A stretch of 64,000 bases of DNA from an uncultured Gemmatimonadales bacterium (lineage in GTDB: Bacteria > Gemmatimonadota > Gemmatimonadetes > Gemmatimonadales > GWC2-71-9). The stretch covers positions 32,001 through 96,000 of the forward strand of contig CAWGSK010000030.1 in NCBI GenBank assembly GCA_963825055.1. The letters run 5' to 3'. A program made the position numbers and the translations under genes. The notes under the pieces are model-generated. The model searched no databases, was not told where the DNA came from, and saw only the letters and a program-made list of their open reading frames with translations. Positions within the stretch are counted from its first letter, which is position 1. Each line of letters begins with the position of its first letter. This document shows, in pieces, positions 27,920 to 37,639 of this stretch.

Positions 27920-29034
27920 TGAATGATACGGACGATGCCGGCCTGGGCGCTGGCCCTGAGGAAGGCCTCCGGGTCGGAGGTGGGAATGATGACGCCGGTC
28001 TCGGCGCGGCCGCGCTCGGCCTGGGACAGCATGTACTCGTTCAGCGTCGCGTGGGCCCACTCGCGGTCAGCGAACTTGAGCTGCCAGAGGATTTCCTCCC
28101 AGGTGCCGTTGTACGTCTGGCCGGACAGCGTGGCAACCTGGTGCGGCTCCGATGCGCCCGGCCGCCGCTGCATGGCGTGCAGCTCGGCCATGAGGGTGCC
28201 GAACAGTTCGAGCTGGTTGGGGTCGCGCACCGAGCCGTCAGCCTGCTGCGCTTCCACTTCGGCCAGCAGCAGGTCCACGCTGTCCGGCTCTCCCGCGATC
28301 TCGCCGAGACGCGCCAGCCACGGCACCAGCTCGGGGTCCTCATCCGGCAGGCGGTAGGTGGCCTTCCGCAGCTCGATGCAGCGCCACAGCCCGAGTTCCT
28401 CGTAGTGATCCTCGGGCGAAGTCCGGTCGAGGTGATACAATGCCGCCTCGGACTCCCCGCGGTCGTACAGGAGGTTGGCCAGGTAGATCCGGGCGTCGCT
28501 GTGATCGGGATCCAGCTCCAGGGCGCGGCGCAGCCAGTACATCGCCTGGTCCTCCTGCCCCAGCCGGTGCGTCGCGTATCCGGTGCAGGCCGCGGCCTCG
28601 GGTGACTCAGGCTGGGCGGCTACCGCCAGTTCGAAGTAGCGGTGAGCGTGCAGCAGGAGCCCGTCACGGAACAGGGCCCGGCCCACCTGCAGCATCAGGT
28701 CGTGGTCATCCTGGAACCCAAGCGCGAGGATCTGCTCGAAGACGGCCAGGCCGCCGGCCTCGTCCCCGATCTTGAGCAGGACTTCCCCGAGACCTGCGAG
28801 CCCATCCTCGTGGTCCGGTTCCAGCGACAGCGCCGACTCGAATCCGCGGCGTGCCCAGGCATACTCCTCCCGCGCCAGCCACGCGTAGGCGCGACCGATG
28901 TGGAGTTCGACTGCCTGGGGGTAGAGCGCGAGACCTTCGTTGAGGAGGGTGAGTGCGTCGTCGTAACGACCGTCGCTGTAGAGTTGATGTGCCTGTTCGT
29001 CGTAATCGTCGGAACTCAGGAAGCGATCCGACAT
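27916..29034 (-). CDS. Tetratricopeptide repeat protein with unknown C-terminal domain
   Basis: Repeated TPR patterns (ALALYP, ALSLEPD, ALELDPD). Confidence 0.85.
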   Translation of the reverse strand: MSDRFLSSDDYDEQAHQLYSDGRYDDALTLLNEGLALYPQAVELHIGRAYAWLAREEYAWARRGFESALSLEPDHEDGLAGLGEVLLKIGDEAGGLAVFEQILALGFQDDHDLMLQVGRALFRDGLLLHAHRYFELAVAAQPESPEAAACTGYATHRLGQEDQAMYWLRRALELDPDHSDARIYLANLLYDRGESEAALYHLDRTSPEDHYEELGLWRCIELRKATYRLPDEDPELVPWLARLGEIAGEPDSVDLLLAEVEAQQADGSVRDPNQLELFGTLMAELHAMQRRPGASEPHQVATLSGQTYNGTWEEILWQLKFADREWAHATLNEYMLSQAERGRAETGVIIPTSDPEAFLRASAQAGIVRIIQ

Positions 29035-29109
29035 CGGCAGGGCCTCCAGGGAGGTGATGCAGTAAGGTAGAGTTTCGCGTGAAGCCGAGCAAGAGAGGAA
29101 AAGACCGTT

Positions 29110-29580
29110 CTACTTCACCCGCGTCTCCCCGAGGCCCAGTTGGCGGAGCAGGGCGCGCAACTCGTCCTGCTCGCGCGCGGACAGGACGGCAAACCGGCGC
29201 GCAATCCCCTGCGCGTGACGGGGGAAGGCCTGGTCCATGAGTCCTTTACCCCGTGGGGTCAGGCGGGCGTAGACGACCCGGCGGTCCGTGTCGCACCGTT
29301 CCCGTTCCACCCATCCCGCGGCCTCGAGATTGTCCACTACATAGGTGACGTTCCCGCTGCTTACGAGCAGTTTCTGGCCGATCTCGCTCAGCGGCAGCGG
29401 GCCAACGTGATACAGCGCCTCCAGCAGCGCAAACTGCGGCAGCGTGAGGCCATCCTCCCGCGCCAGTTGCTCTGCCGTCCTCTGGACCGAGCTGAAGCAG
29501 CGGGCCAGGGCAACCCAGCAGCGCAGCGCACGCTGTTCCGCCGCGGGACGCGGCGGACGGTCCGGAGGGCGCTCCTTCAT
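29110..29580 (-). CDS. MarR family transcriptional regulator
   Basis: GLTLPQF, SSGNVTYVVDNLE, DRRVVYARLTPRG. Confidence 0.92.
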   Translation of the reverse strand: MKERPPDRPPRPAAEQRALRCWVALARCFSSVQRTAEQLAREDGLTLPQFALLEALYHVGPLPLSEIGQKLLVSSGNVTYVVDNLEAAGWVERERCDTDRRVVYARLTPRGKGLMDQAFPRHAQGIARRFAVLSAREQDELRALLRQLGLGETRVK

Positions 29581-29594
29581 GCCCGCCACGGCTC

Positions 29595-31223
29595 CTATTC
29601 TTCCGTCATGTACGGATAACGGTAGTCGACCGGCGGCTCGAAGGTCTCCTTGATGACCCTGGGCGACACCCAGCGTACGAGGTTGAGCGGCGAGCCGGCC
29701 TTGTCGTTGGTCCCGCTGGCGCGCGCGCCCCCGAAGGGCTGCTGGCCCACCACGGCGCCGGTCGGCTTGTCATTGATGTAGAAGTTGCCGGCCGCGTTCC
29801 GGAGGGCGTGGTCCGCCTCCCGGATGGCGGATCGATCGCGGGCGAAGACCGCGCCCGTCAGGGCGTACGGCGAGGTGCTGTCCACCAGTTCCAGCGTTTC
29901 AGTCCACTTCGCGTCCGGGTAGACGTGCAGTGTCAGTACCGGCCCGAACAGCTCCTCGCACATTGTCCGGTACTTCGGGTCCTCCGCCACGATGACCGTC
30001 GGCTCCACGAAGTATCCCTTCGAGTCGTCGCACCCGCCACCGGTCAGGATGGAAGCACCAGACCCCTTCCCGACCGCGTCGATGTGGCCCTTCAGCCGGT
30101 TGAAGGCCTTCTGGTCGATCACGGCCCCCATGAAGTTGCGGAAGTCGGCGATGTCGCCCATCCCCAGTTCCTCCACTTGCGCAACCAGTCGCTCCCGAAC
30201 CCCGGTCCACAGCGACTGGGGAATGTAGGCCCGGGACGCGGCACTGCATTTCTGCCCCTGGTACTCGAACGCCCCCCGCACCAGGGCGGTGGCCAGTTCG
30301 TCCACGCCGCTGCTCGCGTGGGCCACGATGAAGTCCTTGCCGCCGGTCTCGCCCACCAGCCGTGGATAGGAGGCGTAGGACTCCAGGTTCTGCGCGACGG
30401 TCCGCCAGAGCAGCTGGAACACTGCCGTGGAGCCCGTGAAGTGGATCCCGGCGAGGGTCCGGTCGCCCAGGAGGAGCTCGGTGACGTCTCCCGAGGGACC
30501 GGGCAGGAAGTTGATGACGCCCGGCGGCATGCCGGCCGCCTCGAGCATCCGCATCATGTAATAGTTGCTGAGGGCCGCCGTACCCGAGGGCTTCCAGATG
30601 ACGGAGTTCCCCATCAGCGCGGGGGAAGTCGGGAGGTTGCCGCCGATGGAAGTGAAGTTGAACGGCGTGATCGCGTAGACGAAGCCCTCGAGCGGGCGGT
30701 GGTCCATCCGGTTCCACATCCCCGGCATGGAGGACGGCTGTTCCTCGTAAACGCCACGTGCGAAGTGCACGTTGAAACGGAGGAAATCAATCATCTCGCA
30801 CGCGGCGTCGATCTCCGCCTGGTGCGCCGTCTTGCTCTGGCCGAGCATGGTGCTGGCGTTGAGTCGCTGGCGCCAGGAGCCGGCGAGGAGGTCTCCTGCC
30901 CGGAGAAAGACTGCCGCACGGTCCTCAAAGGACCACGATGCCCACTCACGGCGGGCTTCGTTGGCCGCCGCAATGGCCCGGCCGATGGTGGCACGGTCGG
31001 CCTGGTGCACCCGGGCCAGGACGTGGCCATGGTCGTGCGGGGCAACGACATCGTGGAGGTCGCCCGTGCGCACTTCCTCCCCGCCGATGATGCAGGGAAT
31101 GTCGGCGATCTCGCCGCTCATGTGGCGGAGTTCGGCCTTGAGTGCGTCACGCGCCGTGGTACCTGGCGCATAGGAGAGCACGGGTTCGTTGTGCGGGACG
31201 GGAACGGCTGGTATGGCACTCAT
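29595..31223 (-). CDS. pruA: L-glutamate gamma-semialdehyde (P5C) dehydrogenase
   Basis: GQSKT..QAEID, PFNFT, FTGST, GETGGKDF, EYQGQKCSA, GTNDKAG. Confidence 0.93.
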   Translation of the reverse strand: MSAIPAVPVPHNEPVLSYAPGTTARDALKAELRHMSGEIADIPCIIGGEEVRTGDLHDVVAPHDHGHVLARVHQADRATIGRAIAAANEARREWASWSFEDRAAVFLRAGDLLAGSWRQRLNASTMLGQSKTAHQAEIDAACEMIDFLRFNVHFARGVYEEQPSSMPGMWNRMDHRPLEGFVYAITPFNFTSIGGNLPTSPALMGNSVIWKPSGTAALSNYYMMRMLEAAGMPPGVINFLPGPSGDVTELLLGDRTLAGIHFTGSTAVFQLLWRTVAQNLESYASYPRLVGETGGKDFIVAHASSGVDELATALVRGAFEYQGQKCSAASRAYIPQSLWTGVRERLVAQVEELGMGDIADFRNFMGAVIDQKAFNRLKGHIDAVGKGSGASILTGGGCDDSKGYFVEPTVIVAEDPKYRTMCEELFGPVLTLHVYPDAKWTETLELVDSTSPYALTGAVFARDRSAIREADHALRNAAGNFYINDKPTGAVVGQQPFGGARASGTNDKAGSPLNLVRWVSPRVIKETFEPPVDYRYPYMTEE

Positions 31224-31299
31224 GTGGACACAGGGAAAGGGAACAGGCAACAGGAACCGGATGCCGCCGGCCAGGGGCGACGGCGTTGAGAATAATAAG

Positions 31300-32265
31300 C
31301 TATGGGCGGGGGGATTCCGGCGCGCCCTCCCCGCGGTCGCCACGGATCTCGGGCGTGATGGGCGTGAGGCCCGAGGCACGCACGATGGCCTGCCCCGAAT
31401 CGGAGAAGACAAAATCCACGAACTCGCGAGCGAGGGCCGGGTGGGCGGCCGAGTCGGGAATGGTGAGGGCGTACACGATGGGCTCCCCGCGGAACGTGAG
31501 GGAATCGCGGTCTCCCGGGCCGGGCAGCCGCACCACTGCGTGGGCGTAGTACTCAGCCTTCGAGGGGTCGCTCAGGTTCACCGCGGGGGGCAGGGACACC
31601 GAGGGGAGGCCGGTCGCATGCGCAATGGAAGCATAGGAGAATGCGTAGTCCAGCTCGCCCGTTTCCACCAGCGCGGTCAGGTCCGACTCCTTGGGGCGGA
31701 TGTAGCGTTCCGGCACCGCGGCACGCAGGCGGGCGGCAAGGCCGGGCTGATGATAATACGACTCCGCGAGCTGGAAGACCATCAGGGTACGGTATCCGTT
31801 GGGATCAAGGGCGGGGTTGGAGTGTCCCACCCGGACGTCGGGTCGCAGGAGCACCTGCCACCAGTTGTCGCCGTTGATGTCGGAGGCGCCCCGCGCATCC
31901 GGGGCATGCAGGAGGACCATGCTGTTCGTCGCGAAGAGCGCGTACCACGATGCGTGTGCCGGCACCAGCAGGGTCGGCATGATCTGGTAGTCGGCGACAC
32001 CGACCACGTCGGGAATGCGGTGAAGCTCCGTGAGCTTGCGCGCCGTCTCCAGGCTCCCGGCGTTCTCCTGGGCCACGGTCACCCCGGGATGGGAAGCGGC
32101 GAAGGCCTCGAGCAAGTCATGAAACGGCCCCGCCAGGCTTCCCGCGTTGAACACCGTGAGCGGGCCGGTTTCGACCGGCCCGCGTTCCCGGCCGCAGGCT
32201 GCCAGCAGGAGACCGAGGCCCAGAAGCAGGGCCGGGCCGCGCCCCTTCACCACGTTCCCTGCCAT
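31300..32265 (-). CDS. WtpA/ModA-type tungstate/molybdate-binding lipoprotein
   Basis: LAAC lipobox, FNAGSL, ADY, DPNGYRT, RPKESDL...DYAFSYAS, GEPIVYALTIP. Confidence 0.82.
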   Translation of the reverse strand: MAGNVVKGRGPALLLGLGLLLAACGRERGPVETGPLTVFNAGSLAGPFHDLLEAFAASHPGVTVAQENAGSLETARKLTELHRIPDVVGVADYQIMPTLLVPAHASWYALFATNSMVLLHAPDARGASDINGDNWWQVLLRPDVRVGHSNPALDPNGYRTLMVFQLAESYYHQPGLAARLRAAVPERYIRPKESDLTALVETGELDYAFSYASIAHATGLPSVSLPPAVNLSDPSKAEYYAHAVVRLPGPGDRDSLTFRGEPIVYALTIPDSAAHPALAREFVDFVFSDSGQAIVRASGLTPITPEIRGDRGEGAPESPRP

Positions 32266-33008
32266 TCCAGGGCCACGCCACCCGCCCGGGGCAACACCGC
32301 CGGGGCCCGGATGCCGAAGATCGCCAGCCGCCCCGTCGCGAACTTCGCGCTGACGTACCCGAGCGCGGCACCTGCCGCGACATCGCTCAGCCAGTGTTTG
32401 TGGTCGTTCAGCCGGCTCCAGGCGGTGCCGGCGGCGAGCGTGTAGAGGCCCACCGTCGCCAGGGGCCGGTGGATTTCGTCCGAGAGGGAGGTGGCCAGGG
32501 CAAAGGCCATCGTGGTGTGCCCGGACGGGAAGCTGCTCTGTCCGGAGAACGGGGCAAAGTCGTCAGCGTCATCCAGGCGATCCGCCGGCCGTGGCCGGCC
32601 GAACGCCAGCTTGGCACCACCCACCATGATACCGGCGGTGAGGATGGACCCGCCCACGCGAAGGCCGGCATCACGAATGCCGCCGTCGCCACTTGCCAGG
32701 CCCGCGGTCACCAGCCCGACGGCCACCGTCCCGTAGACCTCGGGTGAGCCGAAATGACGGAAAAAGCCCGCGACGTCATTGCTGGCATCCGAACGCGCCC
32801 GGATCATGTCCCGGTTGACGGGCTCGTCGACCAGCGTCAGGAACGCGAGTCCCCCGACCATTGCGGCCCCGTGCCACCACTGCAACCCCGCCGCTGGGCG
32901 GGGGGCCTGGGCCGTGGCCGGCGCCGGCGCCACCAGGAGGAAGGACAACACGAAGACCACGCACATGGAGACGTGGCGCGGCGGCAACGGGAAGGGCGGT
33001 CTGGACAT
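32247..33008 (-). CDS. PAP2 family phosphatase
   Basis: KxxxGRPRP, FPSGH, SRLNDHKHWLSDV. Confidence 0.9.
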   Translation of the reverse strand: MSRPPFPLPPRHVSMCVVFVLSFLLVAPAPATAQAPRPAAGLQWWHGAAMVGGLAFLTLVDEPVNRDMIRARSDASNDVAGFFRHFGSPEVYGTVAVGLVTAGLASGDGGIRDAGLRVGGSILTAGIMVGGAKLAFGRPRPADRLDDADDFAPFSGQSSFPSGHTTMAFALATSLSDEIHRPLATVGLYTLAAGTAWSRLNDHKHWLSDVAAGAALGYVSAKFATGRLAIFGIRAPAVLPRAGGVALEWQGTW

Positions 33009-33126
33009 TCGGCGAATCCGGATTGAGGCGGGGGCCACTCACAATAATGTGGCGGGGGCTTTACATCCATACCCCGGAGGATGACTTTTGAGGCGCTGCG
33101 TATCACCATTCACCCCGGAATCGAAC

Positions 33127-33486
33127 ATGAAACGTCTCGCGGTCGTACTGGCGCTATTCACCCTTGCCGGCTGCCGGAATTACGACAACTGGGATGCCGT
33201 CTCCGACCAGGGAGGCCTGGTGCCGCCCGACGTCTACGCGACGTACGGTCGGGAACAGGCCATCGTCGTCGCCGTGGGCCGCGAGTTTGCCCGGCCCTAC
33301 AACAGCGGCGCCGGAGCCCAGGCGCGGATCGCCACCGCCTACGCCCGCAAGTTCCCGGATGTGGTGAACGTGACCGCGGACACGCTGGGCAACCGGCTCA
33401 CCATCCAGTTCAAGGACGGCTGGCTGGCCGCCGTGGTCCCGATCGACGACGGCAAGACCGGAGATGACACGAAGATTCCCTCCTGA
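33127..33486 (+). CDS. Putative lipoprotein
   Basis: MKRLAVVLALFTLAGC lipoprotein signal. Confidence 0.75.
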   Translation: MKRLAVVLALFTLAGCRNYDNWDAVSDQGGLVPPDVYATYGREQAIVVAVGREFARPYNSGAGAQARIATAYARKFPDVVNVTADTLGNRLTIQFKDGWLAAVVPIDDGKTGDDTKIPS

Positions 33487-33492
33487 TCCCCG

Positions 33493-33819
33493 ATGAAGGA
33501 CACCGGCTGCCTCCAGGTCATGACCATGCTTGAGTCACGCGAGGCGGCCGAGGGAATGGCCGGAACCCTGGTGAAGGAACAGCTGGCCGCCTGTGCGCAG
33601 GTGGCAGGCCCCGTCCAGAGCACGTACCGATGGCGTGACGCAGTCGAACAGGGCGAGGAGTGGATCTGCCAGTGCAAGATCCCCGCGGAGGCCTTCGAGG
33701 CCCTCGCCGCCCGCATCCGTGAGTTGCACTCCTACGACACGCCCGAAATCATCGCATTCCCCATCGTGGCTGGCGACCCTGCCTATCTCGCCTGGATCCG
33801 CGACGCCGTCCGCCTCTGA
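33493..33819 (+). CDS. cutA: Divalent-cation tolerance protein CutA
   Basis: LAACAQ, STYRW, HSYDTPEI, YLAWI. Confidence 0.93.
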   Translation: MKDTGCLQVMTMLESREAAEGMAGTLVKEQLAACAQVAGPVQSTYRWRDAVEQGEEWICQCKIPAEAFEALAARIRELHSYDTPEIIAFPIVAGDPAYLAWIRDAVRL

Positions 33820-33844
33820 TCGACGCCCTTTCCCCGGAGCCGTC

Positions 33845-34573
33845 ATGACCGAACCCACCGCAGCCACCGCCGCCACACCCGCCGTCTGGGAAGACATCCT
33901 CGAGATCTTCTACGCGCCCTCACGTGTCTTCGCCCGGCGCGAAGGTCGAGGGTTCGGAGTGCCATGGCTGATCTACATCATCCTTCTCGCCATCCTCTTC
34001 TTTGCCACCCGCAGCGCGCTCCAGCCGGTGTACGACGCCGAAACCTCCCGGCAGATGATGTCCGCGCTCGCCAAGAATCCGCAGATCAGCGAAGACATGG
34101 TGCGCACCCAGATGGAAATGGGGAAGAAATTCACCGGCGTGGCCATCATCCTCTTCGGGGCCCTGGCCCCCCTCCTGGTGGGCCTGCTCCTCTGGCTGGT
34201 GGGCAAGGCGGTGGGGGCGGCGGAGGTCCTGGGCGCGGCCGTGATGGTGGCAGTCATGTCGCAGTACCCCAGGCTCCTCGGATTCGTGGCCGGCGCGATC
34301 CAGGCGGCGTTCATCGCACCGGAGAAGATCCGCGGACAGGCAAGTATCTCGCTGGGCCCCGCCCGGTTCATTGACCCGGACACGGCCAGCGCCCTGACCA
34401 CCGGGCTGCTCGTCCGGCTGGACGTGTTCACCATCTGGGCCACGGTGCTCCTGGCCATCGGGCTCAAGGTCACCGGCAAGGTGGACATGACCAGGGCCGC
34501 CATCGTGGCCGCGGTAATCTGGGTGCTGGGCGCGCTCCCTGTGCTCCTCGGCGCGCTGGCCCAGCGAGGCTGA
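33845..34573 (+). CDS. YIP1 family membrane protein
   Basis: IFYAPSRVF N-terminus, about five TMs, DVFTIW. Confidence 0.78.
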   Translation: MTEPTAATAATPAVWEDILEIFYAPSRVFARREGRGFGVPWLIYIILLAILFFATRSALQPVYDAETSRQMMSALAKNPQISEDMVRTQMEMGKKFTGVAIILFGALAPLLVGLLLWLVGKAVGAAEVLGAAVMVAVMSQYPRLLGFVAGAIQAAFIAPEKIRGQASISLGPARFIDPDTASALTTGLLVRLDVFTIWATVLLAIGLKVTGKVDMTRAAIVAAVIWVLGALPVLLGALAQRG

Positions 34574-34577
34574 CATC

Positions 34578-34847
34578 GTGAAGAGAACCACGCTCGTCAC
34601 CATCATCGTGATCCTCGCCTTCGTGATCCTGCTGGCATGGAGCACGCTCTCGGCCCAGCGGGTCGAGTGCGAGGTCTGTGTCACCCACCGGGGGCTGCGC
34701 AACTGCGCCACAGCCTCCGCCGAGAACCAGGGCGATGCGATTCAGGCGGCCCAGAATACCGCCTGTGGCACTATCTCGGCAGGCATGGATGACCGGATTG
34801 CCTGTGGAAGGGCCCAGCCCGAAGTCCTCCGCTGCCAGACCCGCTGA
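34578..34847 (+). CDS. Small membrane-anchored Cys-rich protein
   Basis: N-terminal TM/signal followed by six Cys in about 60 aa. Confidence 0.7.
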   Translation: MKRTTLVTIIVILAFVILLAWSTLSAQRVECEVCVTHRGLRNCATASAENQGDAIQAAQNTACGTISAGMDDRIACGRAQPEVLRCQTR

Positions 34848-35064
34848 GCCGACCCGTGCAGGTTCTTCTCCCCGGCGGCGTCTCCCAGATAGGGCGCCGC
34901 CGGGATCTTTTTCGGCTCCCCGGTTGTAACTTGTTAGGAATGGAATACTTAGAAAGGTGAATCCCGGGCCGGGCCGCCACGGCAGGCACAGTCAGGCGAG
35001 GGCAATGGCACCAAGATTGCTCGTTCAGTTGCCGGAGCCAGCACCCCGACCGGGGGGATGAGAT

Positions 35065-35514
35065 ATGACCGACATGGAAATCTCGATTCGCGACATGGAG
35101 GAAGGCGAGGAGTTTGGTGAATGGCTCGCCGACCTCATCGAGCGTGACGAAGCCGAGACCGGCCGCGCGATCCGCAGCGAAGACCGTTACCTGGTCCTCA
35201 CTGACGCGATCGGCGACTGGATTGGCGGGCTGCGGTATTCCCTGCAGGGCGGAGTGGCCCGGCTGGTCCAGCTGGCCGTCCGCTCGAGCGAGCGCCACCA
35301 GGGGCACGCCCACCGCCTTCTGCAGGCATTCGAGGAGCGGGCAGTGGAGTCCGGCGCCCACCTCGTGGAATTCTGGACCGACGACATCCGAAGCCATGGT
35401 TTCCTCTCCGCCATCGGCTGGCGCGCGGTGCTGGCCCGGGAGGATTACGTCGGGCACCGCCGCTGGTACCTGATGGAGAAGCCCCTCCCGCAGTTCGCCT
35501 CCGTCGAGTCCTGA
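35065..35514 (+). CDS. GNAT family N-acetyltransferase
   Basis: LAVRSSERHQGHAHRLL motif A; FLSAIGW. Confidence 0.82.
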   Translation: MTDMEISIRDMEEGEEFGEWLADLIERDEAETGRAIRSEDRYLVLTDAIGDWIGGLRYSLQGGVARLVQLAVRSSERHQGHAHRLLQAFEERAVESGAHLVEFWTDDIRSHGFLSAIGWRAVLAREDYVGHRRWYLMEKPLPQFASVES

Positions 35515-35545
35515 GCCACCGGCTGGCCTCAGGAAGCCAATAGGG

Positions 35546-35562
35546 ACAGATTACGTATCTGT
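35546..35562. promoter_or_regulatory. Palindromic operator candidate upstream of the desaturase
   Basis: ACAGAT-tacgt-ATCTGT. Confidence 0.4.
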
Positions 35563-35608
35563 GTAGCGCTGACACCCGGCTCCCCTGGTGTCCCCCTGAA
35601 GTGACAGG

Positions 35609-36583
35609 ATGGAAATGAGCAACAGCCCCGCCGCATCTCTGCATTCCAAGATCGAGGTTCTTCAGGACCTCGAGAATCGGGTCCAGGACCTGATGGCCCG
35701 GCACGAGGAAAAGCGGGAGCTCTGGTATCCCTCGGAACTGCTGGATGCCGAAGACGGTGACACGGACGCGCATCTGGACATGCTCCGGAAGCGGGCGCGG
35801 GGTATTCCCGATTCCGCCCGCGCCGCCATCGCCCTCAACCTCCTCACCGAGGAAGGCCTGCCACATTTTCACCGGCTCCTCGCCGTCTACCTCGGCGACG
35901 ACAGCCACTGGCAGACCTGGAACAACCTCTGGACCGCCGAAGAGGACCGGCACGGTGCCGTGCTCCGGGACTACGTCCGCGAAGCCCGCCTCTATGACCA
36001 GCAGAAGCTCGAGCGCCTCCAGTTCGCGTACATCCGCAACGGGTTCCATCCCGGCTGGGATCGCGACCCGTATCGCGTGTTCGTCTATACCTCGGTGCAG
36101 GAGCGCGCGACGCAGGCTTCGCACGCCGGCACGGCACGGGTCGTCGGGGAGTACGAGCCTCTCCTCGGGACGGTGCTGAACCGCGTGGCCGCCGAGGAGG
36201 CACGCCACTACACGTTCTACCGCACGGTGTTCGAGGAAATCCTGGCCCGTGATCCGGACCAGGCGCTCGAATCGGCCTCCCGGATTCTGCCGGGGATCGA
36301 CATGCCGGGCGTGGCCATGCCCGGCTTCCGGGAATTCGCCGAGGTCGTGCGACGGTCCGGTATCTATGGGCCGTGGGATTACATGCGCATCGTCCAGGAG
36401 CAGATCCGCTACTGGAAGATCGAGGGGCTGCGCGGGCTGTCGGAAATCGGGCGGGTGGCCCAGGAGAAGATCCTGGAGATCCCCGAACGATTGAAGCGGG
36501 TCGCGGAGCACATTGACCGTCGAAGCCGCTCGAAGACCTTCAGCTTTGACATTCTGTTCCATCGCGAATTCGCGATGGAGTAA
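35609..36583 (+). CDS. Acyl-ACP desaturase (soluble di-iron, DesA-like)
   Basis: NLLTEEGLP, WTAEEDRH, QERAT, EEARH, IDMPG. Confidence 0.9.
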   Translation: MEMSNSPAASLHSKIEVLQDLENRVQDLMARHEEKRELWYPSELLDAEDGDTDAHLDMLRKRARGIPDSARAAIALNLLTEEGLPHFHRLLAVYLGDDSHWQTWNNLWTAEEDRHGAVLRDYVREARLYDQQKLERLQFAYIRNGFHPGWDRDPYRVFVYTSVQERATQASHAGTARVVGEYEPLLGTVLNRVAAEEARHYTFYRTVFEEILARDPDQALESASRILPGIDMPGVAMPGFREFAEVVRRSGIYGPWDYMRIVQEQIRYWKIEGLRGLSEIGRVAQEKILEIPERLKRVAEHIDRRSRSKTFSFDILFHREFAME

Positions 36584-36601
36584 CCGGCGAATCCCTTCCC
36601 C

Positions 36602-37057
36602 ATGCTCCGGCGCTTCCCGGCCACCATTCCCGCCCTGCTGCTCGTGGGGCTTCTCGTCGCCTGCGGAAAGGACAAGCCGGCCACGCCGGAGGCGCGCCAG
36701 CAGGTCCGCGCGGAGGCGACAAAGGGAGATCCTGAAGCCGAGGCATCAGTCCTGGGGCGGGAAATCCGTGACCTGGTCGACCGTGCCATGGCGTATCGCA
36801 GCTCGCATGGTGGACGGTCTCCCCGCTCCCTGCGCGAACTCGGTATCGATGAACTGACCCACGGCACCCGTCGGTCCCTGTCCGTAGTGGACGGGATGCC
36901 CCGGGTCACCGTGGCATTCCGCGTGACCGAGGGACGGCTGGTCGAATCGTGCTCCGGAAACGACCGGATCCTGGAGGATGCCACCCTGAGCGGGACCTAT
37001 ACGCTGGACTGCACATACGTGTCAGGGGGGAATACGACCTTCACGGTTGCGCGCTAG
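36602..37057 (+). CDS. Putative lipoprotein
   Basis: LLVAC lipobox after a hydrophobic stretch. Confidence 0.7.
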   Translation: MLRRFPATIPALLLVGLLVACGKDKPATPEARQQVRAEATKGDPEAEASVLGREIRDLVDRAMAYRSSHGGRSPRSLRELGIDELTHGTRRSLSVVDGMPRVTVAFRVTEGRLVESCSGNDRILEDATLSGTYTLDCTYVSGGNTTFTVAR

Positions 37058-37060
37058 CCC

Positions 37061-37636
37061 GTGCTGATCGAAGAGGTCGTCCGATACCTCGTACTCGCGG
37101 CGTTTGCATTCGCCTGCCTCATTGCCCTCACCTGGTGGGCCCTCCGCGAAGGCCGCCTGGCCCCATCGAATCCCCTGGCGAAGTTCATGCGCCGCGCCGG
37201 GGACCCGTTCGTCCAGCCAATGGCGCGGCGGGTCGCCCGGATGGGAGGCAACTCCCAGGACGCACCGTTCTGGCTCATTGCAGCCGTGGTGCTGGGCGGA
37301 CTGTTGCTGATTACGGCAACAGGCTGGCTGCTCGACATGATCGCGTACGTGCAGTACGCCTCGAGAAGCGGACCGCGGGCGTGGCTCCGGCTGCTGATCG
37401 ACCTCGCCTATTTCCTCCTGGTCGCTGCCCTGGTGGTCCGGGTGGCCGCATCCTGGCTCGGTCTCTCGCGACAGGGTCCGGTTGTGGGCCTCGCTTTCCG
37501 CCTGACGGACTGGATCGTGCTCCCCATCCGGCGGCTGCTCCCCGCGATGGGGCCGCTGGACCTGAGCCCGCTGGTCGCCTGGCTCTTCCTGATGATTATC
37601 CGCTGGCTCCTGCACGCGATCGTTCCCGCGTTCTAG
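37061..37636 (+). CDS. yggT: YggT family membrane protein
   Basis: Two YGGT repeats; LTDWIVLPIRRLLP...LDLSPLV. Confidence 0.85.
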   Translation: MLIEEVVRYLVLAAFAFACLIALTWWALREGRLAPSNPLAKFMRRAGDPFVQPMARRVARMGGNSQDAPFWLIAAVVLGGLLLITATGWLLDMIAYVQYASRSGPRAWLRLLIDLAYFLLVAALVVRVAASWLGLSRQGPVVGLAFRLTDWIVLPIRRLLPAMGPLDLSPLVAWLFLMIIRWLLHAIVPAF

Positions 37637-37639
37637 GTC

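Noticed and set aside
34925..34952. AT-rich tgtaacttgtt...aatacttag segment, loosely similar to sites near 3431, 15650 and 44921 (IHF-like or dif-like)
   Set aside because: Similarity is too weak to define a motif, and it does not match the XerC/XerD dif consensus.
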